From assembly GCF_009834535.1 (NCBI RefSeq), contig NC_045697.1, forward strand, positions 13,518,001 through 13,582,000: a stretch of 64,000 nucleotides of DNA, written 5' to 3'. Made by a program: the position numbers and the translations under genes. This DNA is from Camelus ferus. Its lineage: Eukaryota. This document shows, one piece after another, positions 1 to 11,158 of the stretch. Numbering within the stretch: the stretch's first letter is position 1; every line of letters begins with the position of its first letter. The notes below the pieces were generated by a model. It did not search any database. It was given only the letters and a program-made list of their open reading frames with translations, and was not told the origin of the DNA.

Positions 1-453
1 TAGAACAGCCCTTGCCTTTCCACACAGGGCTTATTTTTAAATATGCTTCAAACTTCAGTATAGGAGTGAATCCCTTAGTGGAGACGTCAAAGTCTCAAAT
101 AAGGCAAGTGTGTTCCTCTTCTACACACCCTGAACTTTCTATGAATTTGTTCATTTGACATTTTGTGTTCAGAACCTACATGTGCTGGGTACTCTTAGAC
201 ATTAGTTATATGATGGAAAAACAATAACAACAAAATAAAACAGAATAAAACAGGTAAAAATTCCTATCTTCAGAAATCATACATTATGATAAGGGAGAAA
301 GATGACAAACTGGGAAAAAAAACCCAGTAAAATAAAAAATATATTACATAGTTTTTGAGCTGATATTTACTACCTAACTCTGGGTCTTTGAACTCAAGAC
401 TCAATTTACTATCTACCTTAAGAAGTGGAGTGTCGCATTAAGTAGACGTATGT

Positions 454-870
454 TGTGTGCATCAGCCATTATTACCATAATAATGCCATTTAGCCAACTA
501 CTTCCAAATCTTAGAGATGTTCACAATAAGCAATGATTTCTCACTCACACATCTGTGGTCAGGTGGGGTTCAGCTGATCTAGGTTGCTCCTGGCTGCACT
601 TGACTCTGGATTAGATCATTGGCTACTTCAGGTATGTTTTCATAGGGAAAGGCAGGAACACATGAGGACACGTCCAATTGTACAAGTACACATCAAGTCT
701 CCGCCATCACATCTGCCAACATCCAAACCTTTGGACAACCCAACACATCAAGCCCAAAGTCTTTCACAGGAAAGAATACTGCACCCACCACACGTCCATG
801 GCAAGTGTGAAGATGAGTAATCATACTCTATGAGAATGAAGAATTGGGATCAGTTGTTCAAACTACCACA
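454..870 (-). mobile_element. MaLR LTR, MLT1K/L-like
   Basis: Begins tg..catcagccattattaccataataatgcc, contains ggggttcagctgatctagg and ends gaattgggatcagttgttcaaactaccaca, resembling reverse-oriented old MLT1 LTRs (recalled consensus). Confidence 0.65.
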
Positions 871-1106
871 TAATTCATTTCATTTTAAAGGGCCATTCAG
901 TAGTTACAATGTTTGGGTTCAAGTCTGATGATTAAGAACTTTTGAAGGCTGAATTTAAGTAACAATGTAGTGAACTCTGTAAATCTCAGGTGCTTGTAAT
1001 TTGCTTATATGTAACTCAAGTCTAGTTTTTTTGTTTACTTGTTTGTTTTTTGCATAGCTAGTATTTCTTGGACTTCTCCTTTTTTTAACTTTTCATCTCT
1101 TTACTG

Positions 1107-1295
1107 TGGAGGCAATATGGCTCTGTGGAAACAATGTTAGTAGGAATTCAAACACTCAGGATCCAGTTCCATATCTGCCACTAATTAACTCTCAGACCAT
1201 TGGCAAATTATCTCAAATTATTTTGGCCATGATCTCCTCTTCTGTAAAATGAGGGTTTGGACTGGATAGCTACATTTCCTTCCATCACTACAATT
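1107..1295 (+). mobile_element. MIR/MIR3 SINE fragment
   Basis: MIR core-like ctgccactaattaactc...ggcaaattatctc...tcttctgtaaaatgagggtttggactggat. Confidence 0.7.
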
Positions 1296-2689
1296 GAATG
1301 AGTGCATGTTTACTGACATGGATGTGGGCCAATAGGCCTTGTCTTGTCTTTTTTTTTTTTTAATTTTTGTATCACATTAAGATTTCTCCACACCAAAAAT
1401 CCATGTGTGAATCAAAGTGGGGGTCCTGTCTAAAGTCAGCGTTTAAGCATTCCTTGAGTGGACCCAGAGTGAAACCAGCCCCCTGCTTCCCAGCCATGCA
1501 TTGTCAAATGTGGAGGACCCCTAACCATGAGATCAAGACTACCCATGATCCCAAATTATGTCCAGAACAGAGAGGATTTGCAGAGTTGGAATGAATACAC
1601 GAAACATGTTTATTTATATCCCCCAGGTTTGCATGGAAACCCAAATACATTTTGCATATGTGATGGTATTTGTCTTTTTGAAATTAGCACAAATTGCATG
1701 TTTGGGAAGTTAATAACATCACATATGCTTCTGACAGTGACATATTGGCAAACAGTTCTTCTAAACCATTGCACACGCTTCAACCACGCTGCAGCTGAGG
1801 TTCGATTCAAGCTGAAGCCCCAAGTGACTATAAACCAAACAATTATTTTTCTAGTCCTAATGTGTTTGCTTCCTAATGACCCACAGCCTTAAACTCACCC
1901 TGGGCAGGAGGGCTAAAACTTTCTTTTTTTAATGCTCCAGGACTCAACAGGGCAAGGCACATTCTGGAAGACTAGTTGCGGGTGACCAAAATGCAATTCA
2001 AAACATCAGCAGCCTTTGATCAGGGCAGCTTGCTTACTTTTAATTGTTTCCAGAGTGCTTGTTCGAAAATTTGTTAGATTACACATCACATGCAATGGGA
2101 ACTGATGGCTGAATTTACTGCCTTAATTCTTGGCTTGAAAAGGAGTTATGCTGATTTCAGTTACACTTAGGAAGCTGAGCTCTTGGCCAAGTGACATAAA
2201 GGTGATTTTGGGTGCTGTCTCTTTTCACCCATACCCAAAATAACAAGAAATGAACTGGGGGATCTTTTAAGAAGTGTGAGGTAATTGGTTGCTAGCTATT
2301 TTTCTCTAGCTACACTAACTTTAATCAAAGCTTTTTCTTCTTCTTCTTTCTTTATGGATATCAGTGGATAGCACTATAAAGTCATCCCTTAACAAAGTTG
2401 AGTAGTCAGAGCACAGTTGGCATCAAAGAAAATTTCTTTAAAACTAGATATGTTAAAATCCTGGATGAGAATGGATGAGAATCGGTCTCTGCTGGCACTA
2501 AGTAAATGAAAAGCAATCAGGAATGAGAGAAACTTTCCCTCACAGGCCAGTTCTCAGTACTTCCCTCTTCGAACGCCCGTGATCTCTTTGGGTGACCTCA
2601 CGCTGCTGTATCTGCAAAATAGTAGATTTAATAGGCGATTTAATGTTGTATGTACTGATGTTTGGCTCTTTTTTGTTTAACTCTCAAAA

Positions 2690-2790
2690 TCTTTGAAGGA
2701 TGTTGATATCAACTCCAATTTTTTATACATGAAGAGAATAGATTCAAGAGAAATTTAGTGATCTGCCCAAAGTTACACAGACAGATGACA
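2690..2790 (-). mobile_element. MIR fragment
   Basis: ccaattttttatacatgaagagaatagattcaagagaaatttagtgatctgcccaaagttacacag resembles the reverse MIR core. Confidence 0.6.
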
Positions 2791-3170
2791 CATGGATTTT
2801 TTTTTTTATTACTGCACTAAGCTTATTCCACCATGAAAACTGAGTAACTCATGGACTGGAATATTTTATGATGTGTTAGATTGAGTATTTTTCTACATGC
2901 AAACTGATTTGGGAAGGAAAATGATTAAAATCAGATAAGCAGTTAATTACCAGCCCTTCCACTCGATTAAATTTTGAAATAGTTATTTGTTTGAATTAGA
3001 CATCTTCAAACAAGATTGACTGTCCAGATATAACTAGCACAATCAAAACAACAGAAAATGAAAATAAACGTTATTTTCACAAGAACTAAATGAAATAATT
3101 TAGAAAATGAGACCACAGAGATTTTCCAGTTAACATACTTATGTCTCAGTCACACACCTATTGTTTAGTT

Positions 3171-3352
3171 CAGTGGTTATCAACTGGGGGAATTTTTGCC
3201 CCAGGAGAAAATTGACCACGTCTGGAGACATTTTTAGTTTCCACAACTGGGGGAGGAATGTTACTCAATACTCTACAATGCACAGAATAGATCCCCACAA
3301 CAGAGACTTTTCCAGCCCAAAATGTCAATAGTGTTAATGTTGAAAAATCCAA
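3171..3352. mobile_element. MER20 (hAT-Charlie non-autonomous DNA transposon), internally deleted
   Basis: cagtggttatcaactgggggg..ttttgccccagg..tctggagacatttttagtt..cacaactggggg..cagcccaaaatgtcaatagtg..ttgaaaaatcc follows the MER20 consensus. Confidence 0.85.
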
Positions 3353-3696
3353 ATTTAAACTGCAATATAAGTAAAGCAAAGATTATTACATACATATTTT
3401 AACTCTTTTATAATAAGTAACACGTTAACAGAAGATTTTGCAAATATATTGAAAATGTTGTCTCTTGTTTAATAAATGCTAATCAGTGTTTGCTTGAAGG
3501 ACATATTTAACTAATACAATCATTCCAGGAGTAGGTCTTGGGAAGAATTTTCATGTGACAAATGATTGTACCACTGCTTGGAAAATCCCATTCTTTCCTC
3601 TCAATTCATGAAGATCACTCTTATCAACTTGGCAACAATGAATAATAAATTAAAAAGGATAAAGATAATTCAGATAATTCATTCTGATAAACCAGA

Positions 3697-3743
3697 ATAT
3701 ATATATATAATACATATATACATATATATAATACATATATATA
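3697..3743. repeat. (TA)n-rich microsatellite with an internal duplication of ~21 nt
   Basis: atatatataatacatatata occurs twice in tandem; it is the source of the IHIYIY low-complexity ORF. Confidence 0.85.
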
Positions 3744-4014
3744 TGCTTTTTAATGGTAAAAAAGGTGGTGGAACTTATATTCAGTTCTGTAATATCAACA
3801 GACAAAACTTATTTTTTCAAAAATTATGTGTATTTTTCTTGTCCTGATAATGAAACATTTTAGGCTTACTAAATTCAAGTAGGAAACATTATTTTAAAAA
3901 ATTCTATATCCCAGCATTGAAAAGGAATGAAAGCATATTGAGTATATTTGCTTTAGTTGGTAATTGACAAAATTCTTTAAATGTTTTATTATACTTACAA
4001 AAGCAGTTTTAAAT

Positions 4015-4280
4015 CATGCTTTCTTTACTCAACATTATATCATGAAATAGCCTTCTAAAAATATCATTTCGCTATTGAACAAATTCCATTGTATGAATAG
4101 ACTGTGATTTATTTAATAAATCTCCCAAAGCTAGATATTTGGGATTTTTCCTCTATGTTTTGCTGTAATAAATAACACCACGATGAACATTCCTGTACAT
4201 AAATCTTCAGCCCTTTCTCTGATTATTTACTTGGGATAGATTCCATGAACTAAAACGTTGGGGTCAAAATGAAGCCATTT
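4015..4280 (-). mobile_element. Old L1 (L1ME-like) 3' fragment
   Basis: tttactcaacattatatc..aattccattgtatgaata..ttttgctgtaataaataac..atgaacattcctgtacataaatct..ttgggatagattcc. Confidence 0.7.
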
Positions 4281-5526
4281 AAGGTTTAGGGTTTCAGTGA
4301 TATAATCCATAAAACAGAAATAATAAACTATGGCCTCTCCCTAGTCCACAGTATAAAAGGGTCATGCAACAGCGACTTATTAACATAAACTACAGAGTAG
4401 GCATCCAACTGTGAAGTTATCTCTACATGTGCAAATAGAGGTGGAGGGAGAGAAGACACATAGGCCCTGTTACAGAAATAGACCTGCTCATGTTTATTTT
4501 TGCTCTGGTTCAAAAGCTATGAGTCACACAAGACCCTCTTTTCAGGTAGGATGTGGCAGGCAGAGTGTCCTGAAAAGAGCAATATATGGAATGCTACTTC
4601 CGCCCAAGGGAAATGCATTTCGAGCTTATACTTACGGTAACTGCACGATCTGTACCAGTCAGTACTCATCTGGTGAAAATACAGCGACCTTACCCCAGAT
4701 GCTGTGCTGTCTTTACATTTTTTATTGTACATTTTGTTTCTGATGCTGATAACTTTTCTGAAGTAGATTTTATCTCCATTTCACAGGTAAGAACCTTGAG
4801 GATCTAAGAACCTTAGGCAAATTGGCCGTGTAAACAGGTTAGTAAGTGGGGATTCCAGTATCTAAATTCTCATCTTTATGACCCTTAGGCAATGTTCTTA
4901 AATCCAACACTGCCCTTCATGTTTATAACATTCATAGCTCATGTATGCTTCTACTAAATGTAATTATATGGGTACAGAGATTTAATATCTTCTTTCCTCT
5001 ATTTAGTATGCTTCTAAGCCTGACCATCCATCCATCCCTGTAGCCCATCCAGCCTTCTCTATGCACTTGTCCCTGCGTTTGTCACCCAGTCTTGTTTTGC
5101 AATGAAGTCAAAGACCTGAATTCCCTTTGTGGGGCCTTCACTGCCAGAGAGGGATTTAAAAAATAGTATTCCTTTTAGGTCACAGCCTTGACAATATGGT
5201 GCTGCCCGCCCCTCTTTTTTTTCTCCTCTAGGATTCCTCACGTATAAGGAAACCATTCTCAATAACCTGGGGTCCGCTGTCCTGAGGATAAAACCACCAA
5301 TCTGGGAGAGCACTATCGGACGCAGGTAGTGTCCTGGCTGCCAAACGTAGAGAAACTATGTAAGGTCTGAGCTCTGGACTTTTCTGTTTAGTTATTTTTT
5401 AGTCTTTTGAAGGTTTTGCTTCAAAGTCTTTTTGGCCAGTATGCTTTCTTTTCTTCATTTCTCCCTTATTTCTCTTTTGAGGCCAAGATGGAGCGGCATT
5501 TCCCAGCTCCCTTCCTCCCACATACC

Positions 5527-5671
5527 AATCTTCTCCCAAGTTTTTGAGTGGCTTTATAGTCATTCCCTTGAGCTTTTTATCAGGTAGGGTGCCTATTGCT
5601 GCTTCACTTAGTTCTTCTTCTGGGGTTTTATCTTATTTCTTCATTTGGAATATATTCCTCTGTGGCCTTAT
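5527..5671 (-). pseudogene. Dead L1 ORF1p N-terminal fragment
   Basis: My minus-strand translation is IRPQRNIFQMKK*DKTPEEELSEAAIGTLPDKKLKGMTIKPLKNLGRRL, matching the L1 ORF1p N-terminus pattern (QRN.FQMKEQDKTPE.ELSE.EIGNLPDKEFK). The start codon is mutated to ATA and there is one in-frame stop. Confidence 0.8.
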
Positions 5672-7313
5672 TCTGCCTGATTTGCTGTTTTCATTTCTAT
5701 GTATTTGGTAGGCTGATTATGTTTTCTGACCTTGGACGACTGATCTTTCACAGGAGGTGTGCTATGGTCACCAGAGACGTATGCTGCAGGGGTGCCCTTA
5801 GTTTGGACTATGTGGGTCCTTCTGATGTGGTAGGCTGACTACCGTGGGCTATCTGGTAGGGCTATCAGGGTGGATCCTGATCCCATGGGTTTCCAGGTCC
5901 TGCCTTGTGCAGAGGCTGCCTGCTACAGTTGGGTGGAGCTGGGTCACAGGCTGCTGGCTACTGGGCTCCAGCGTGCCCAGTAGGCCACACTAGTAGGCAG
6001 AGCTAGATTCTGGAGTGGCTGTTGCAGGTTGGGGTATTGTCCTGCTAGGGGGTGGAGTCAGTTACTAACGTGGCTAGGTGCAGATCCAGGGTGCCCCAAG
6101 CTGGCGCTGGCCCACTGGTGAGTGAAGCTGGGTCCCGTGAGTCTGGCTTAAGTGGCCAAGGATTTTTGGAGCTGCTGTGGGCCTACTGGTGGGCAGGCTT
6201 ACAGCCCAGTGGGTCCTGAGGCTAGTGCAGGCTCACTGGTCAGTGAATCTGGGTTCCCAGGTATCTGGCTGCAAGGCCCTGGAGGTTCCAGAGCTGGTGT
6301 CAGTGCGCTAGTGACAGAATCCGGGGTAGATGGCTGAGGGTCATTCTAGGACTGGTGTCTGCCCACTGGTGCAATAGGCCAAGTCCTGGGGCTAGTATTG
6401 GCCTACTGGGTGTTTGGGTGCAGGGCCCTGGGGATTCTGGGGTTTGTGTTTCAGCCCAGTGGTGGACAGAGCTGGATCTTGGAGGCCTCTGGCTGGCCCA
6501 GAGGTTATTTCTGGCATACTGGCATGCATGCCTTGTCCTGGGCCCTCTGGAGGACAGGGCAAGTGCCAGGGCAGCTGTGGGTACAGAGGATCTTAAAGCA
6601 GACAGCTTCTTAGTGTGTTGGATTTTGTCTCCTCCTGAATTGTTGATTGACCTGGGGCGTCCTAGTACTGGTGCCAGCAGGCTGGTGGGCAAGGCTGATT
6701 CCCAGAGCTAATAAGCTAGAGAGAGAATTCCAACATGGCACTTGCCAGCACCTACCAGGGTCCACATGGTAGAAGAAGCTCCCAACATTGGCTGCTACCA
6801 GTGTCTACGTCCCCAGGCTGCCTTCTGCCACTCTGGGAGGCTCTCCAATCAGCAGATGGATTTGATTCAGGCTTCTTTCAAATCAGTGCTTCTGCCCTGG
6901 GTCCTAGAACATGTGTGATTTTTGTGTGCACCCATTAGGAGTGGCATCTCTATTTCCCACAACCCTCTCCTGAAAGTAAGCTCTACTGGTCTTTAAAGCC
7001 AAACATTCAGAAGACTTGTCCTCATGTGCAGGGCTTCTATGGGGCTCTGACCTTTAACTCCTTGGGGAGAAACTCTGAAATTTTAATTATCCTCTCATGG
7101 GTCTCCCAGTCTGGGATATGGGTCTTGATTCTATCAAGTCTCTGCCCCTCCTACCTGTCTCATTGTGGTTCCTTCTTTATATCTTTAGTTGTAGCAGATT
7201 TTTTTCTGCTGGTTTCCAGTTTTCCTCATTGATAGCTTCTCTATAAAAAGTTGTGATTTTTGTGCACCCATGGGAGGAGGTGAGCTCAGGGTCTTCCTAT
7301 TCCACCATCTTCT
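5527..7313 (-). mobile_element. L1 LINE 5' portion only (5'UTR plus start of ORF1), laurasiatherian/cetartiodactyl type
   Basis: The minus strand starts gaagatggtggaataggaagaccctgagctcacctcctccca (typical L1 5' end with the YY1-type AAGATGG motif). It continues as a GC-rich CpG-decayed 5'UTR, then an ORF1 N-terminus, and stops abruptly at ~5527. Confidence 0.85.
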
Positions 7314-7950
7314 GTAAGCTCTCATTAACCCTTAAAAGAGATACTCAGATTTTAATCGTTCAATTCAATTTAACACTTTTTTAGTGCATACTGTGTGGGA
7401 GGCAATGTGCTAATTTTTAGCAATGCAAACATCCATTGACTAGGCGTCAGATCCAATGAACAGAACTGACTTGGTCACCATCACTGAAAGGTGGGGCTTT
7501 GTGGGGCTTTGTAGATGTGGACTCGCATCCTATCCAGGCTTTCATAAATACCCACTATAATCATTTTAATGCTTGTAGTACATTCACTCCCTTTGTATTT
7601 TCAACATATTCATAGTGAAATCCTTGAAAGCAGTTCAAAAATTGCTTCTGTGAAGCACTGCTCTAGTATTATCCCTTGCACATCAGGAAGAGCTGTGCAC
7701 ATTTTGCTCCAAAAGCCTATTACTCTAGCAGAGCAGTCACAGAACTATAGTAGACAGTGTCTAGTCTCTACATCAGTCTTCCCCATTGGCCCCTGTCGTA
7801 CTCGTGTTGTACCTGCTTTGTCCAGCGAAGTGATATCTAATAGGCATTTGCCTGGATGAATTACCTGGTACATGGGACTCTGAATTTCAAAGCTCCTGAA
7901 GAAAGAAATTACAGTTACAGTCTCTGCTTTTTGGGTTTAGCACAGGTCTC

Positions 7951-8316
7951 TGTCTTACTCTTTTTGAGCTGCTCTAACAAAAATAGCTGCTTCAATAAAC
8001 ACATCATTGACAGGGTGGCTTAAACAATGAACATTTATTTTTCACAGTTCTGGAGACTGAGAAATTCAAGGTCAAGTCACAAACAGATTCAGCGTCTGGT
8101 GAGAGCCCGCTTCCTCATACACAGGCAGCCATCCTATCACTGTGTCCTCACAAGGCAGATGGGATGCAGGACGTCTCTGGGGATGCTTTTGTAAGGAGGG
8201 CTCTACAATCATGATGTAATCACCTCCCACAGGCCTGCCTCCTAAATAACATCACATTGAGGGTTAAGATTTTGACATATAAATTTTGAAAGGACACAAA
8301 CATTTAGCTCAAAGCA
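7951..8316 (-). mobile_element. MaLR LTR, MLT1A-like
   Basis: tgtcttactc..gctgctctaacaaaa..ggtggcttaaacaa..catttatttttcacagttctggag..tctggtgagagcccgcttcct..ggacacaaacatttagctcaaagca. Confidence 0.85.
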
Positions 8317-8339
8317 TTCTTAGAGCATCCACATTAACT

Positions 8340-8690
8340 CTCCCCACTACTTGCAATACTCTTCTCCAGATATTTCCTTGGCTGACACTTCCACTTTTTT
8401 CCCAATCTGAGCTTCTTAAAGCAGCCCATGCTGGCCACTCTGTTAACCTTTGTAACTGGAACCCTTGTTTGCTATCTGGATCCCCCCGCAGTCTGTTCCG
8501 TTTCCCCCCACAGCACTTGTCCCTTCTGAGATATCATTTTCTTCTTTAGGGCATACATTTCTTTTTCTGTCTCCTCTCACTTGAATAAACACAGTAAGAA
8601 CAGGGTCTTTTATATTTGTTCATTCATATATTCCAGTGCCAAGTCATGCCTGGCTCATAAGACACATTAAAAAAATGTTGACTAACTACA
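8340..8690 (+). mobile_element. L2 LINE 3' fragment
   Basis: ctgtctcctctcacttgaataaac..aacagggtcttt..ttgttcattc..tattccagtgcc..tgcctggctcataagac..aaatgttgactaa. Confidence 0.7.
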
Positions 8691-8764
8691 TTTTGATAGA
8701 ACTTTCTGATCTAAGAAGAAACCACATTGCATCCTGACATCAGAGTCTTCACAGAAGCTCTGAT

Positions 8765-9345
8765 TTCAAGGCCAGTTCTTCAATCTGACATTTAAGACTC
8801 CACCACTTGGCATAATTTTAGGAAATGTACGTATCTTTTCTACACCTTGGTTTTCAAAACTGGAACAATAGCTACTCTCTTCCTCCCAGAGTTATGGGGA
8901 ATGTGTGGCAACGCAAAGGACAAAATGGTGGTGCTCCCCCAAATTTGTAGGTTGAAATCCTACCCCCACCATGTGATGGTATTAAGAAGTGGGGGCTTTG
9001 GGAGGTAATTAGGTCATGAGAGTGGAGCCGCCATGAATGGAATTAGGGTCATTATGAAATAGACTCCTCACCTCTTCCGCCCCTCCCTTCTCTTTGTGGG
9101 AATACAGCAGGAAGACGTCCATTTATGAACCAAGGAATGACCCTCACCAGACACTGAATCTGCCAATGCCTTATCTTGGAATTCTAGCTTCCAAAAAAAT
9201 AAGAACAAATTCCTATTGTTTAAAATCTCTCAGTCTGCAGGATTCTGTAATAGCAACCCAAACAGACTGACAAATGACAAATATAAAGAATTAAACACAA
9301 GGCCTTGAACGTAGTGAGTATTCAAACATGGTAAGTGTTCTTATT
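8765..9345 (+). mobile_element. MIR interrupted by an MLT1A LTR
   Basis: MIR 5' part at 8765-8910 (ccttggttttcaaaactggaacaatagctac) and MIR 3' part at 9273-9345 (aaacacaaggccttgaacgtagtgagtattcaaacatggt) flank the LTR. Confidence 0.55.
8927..9272 (+). mobile_element. MaLR LTR, MLT1A-like
   Basis: ccccaaatttgtaggttgaaatcctaccccc..gtgatggtattaagaagtgggggctttgggaggtaattaggtcatgag..ccctcaccagacactgaatctgcc..atagcaacccaaacagactgaca. Confidence 0.88.
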
Positions 9346-10648
9346 TCCTTTGTATTTATTACTATTTATTATTGTTATAATCTTAGGTTTCACTACATTT
9401 CCTCGGGTAGCTTATCTACCTCTGTTAAACCAGAGCAACTGCTTCTTTCTCAAAACAGACCATGTTTCCTCACCTCCAGGCTTCACTCATCCTGTTCCTT
9501 TGTTTCAAATGCTCTCCTTATCTCATCTATTTGTGTGCAATTTAATTTTTAGCTCAAATGTCAGTACCTCTGTGATATCTTCACTGAGTACCCCCTAACC
9601 CCTAAATCCAAAAGTACCCTCTGTGTCCCATGTCCCCACACACAGTGCCAATACCCTGGCTTCCTGAGGTCCCATAGAAGACATTATACCTCTTGAAGCT
9701 AGAATCCAATCTCTTCAACTCCGCTTTCCGGTGTCAAGTTGGTGAATGTGTCCCTTTACCACCTAATTACATAAGAACTGACTAGTCCACAGAATAGTTA
9801 ATATGAAGGCCACTTCCTTGAAATCTATTCAAATCACAAATATGATAAAAGAAGTTAATAACTTTAGAAAGTATATAAAATGGCACATTATGAGTTTAAT
9901 AGAATTAAAAATAGGGAAGAAAAGGGTTGAGGCTAAAGGCACCAAAGCCTTGATGAGGAGAGAGTATATTATTATTAGGTAATTCAGGTTTTTGTAATAT
10001 AGCAGGGAGCCTGAAGATTTGCATACAGTTAGCTTAAACACCACTTACATGCTGTGAAAAAAGAAAATTAACTGTTTTTATTGAAACACCTCACCTCGTA
10101 AGCAATTTACTTAATATGATTTGCACAGTTTCTCAAAATATGCAAAATGAATATAATATCTATTATTCATGATCATCTCAAAAAGAGCTTTTGTCAATTT
10201 GCTACTCTGATATCCTTTCTCATTTGTAATCCATATCAGAAAAAAAATTAATATTCAAAAGCTATAAAGTACCAAGACTTGGTGATAGCAAATTCTCGAA
10301 GAATTGGGTCTTAGAGTCATCAAATATTTTCCTAAAGGAGATGCACATAATACATTTTATCCTTTAAATCCATCAGATTAATTAAAATAAAATCATTGAG
10401 ATGACTTTGATAGAAATAAAACTGGCTTAGGAAAGGGAAAAAAAATGAGGATACAGAGAACTGGGGCAGATTGAAATATAAAGACTGGAAACCAGAGGAC
10501 TGTGTGCCACCTCTGTCTGTCCTCCAGCTTAGTGAGCTTGGTCAAGTCACGATTCATAACTCTTATCTCATTGCCCCACTTATAATAGAAACCTCACTGA
10601 GATTCCTTCCATTTATAAATTTTAAGAAAGTACAAAATGTTCCCACAT

Positions 10649-10775
10649 GTGTGTATATTATATATATATATACCCTTATTCATATATATATTTACAAACA
10701 TATATACATATATATGTATATAAATACATATATAAATATGTTTCTATATTTGTAAATATATATTTTATTTACAAA
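10649..10775. repeat. TA-rich low-complexity tract
   Basis: Runs of TA/TATA/ATAC visible directly. Confidence 0.8.
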
Positions 10776-11158
10776 TATTTGTCAATTATGTATCTTTTCT
10801 TTGCACATACATGGTAAAGGCATTCATAGTATCCTGAATGAATTAACTGTGGCTGGGTAATAACTTTTCATTTGAATTCTTTTTCTTACTAAAAGGTTTC
10901 AGGAAAAACATGAATTTTATAAGTTATATTTCAGGCTAGGTAACTTGGAAGTAAAATGCAAAGGCAGATTGGCCTGGGGGAAACTGTATAAATGACCCCA
11001 ATTTAAATACCTACTCAGCTCCTTCTAGGAGCTTGGCTTGAGTCATTTACTTATTTCTCTTCATGTACTTCCTTATTTAAATAGAGCTCAGCAGGCGCAG
11101 ATTTATCATAATGCTCATGAAACTTATGTCTCGAGGCCTCTCTTGCATGGGTCCCCTC

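Noticed and set aside
1652..1673. Identity of the hairpin 5' arm with miR-448 (shared TTGCATATGT start)
   Set aside because: Similarity ends after about 10 nt and the rest of the arm differs from the miR-448 sequence as I recall it.
6152..6938. Cluster of overlapping ORFs in a GC-rich island suggesting a gene or CpG-island promoter
   Set aside because: Explained by the GC-rich, CpG-decayed L1 5'UTR, which has few stop codons.
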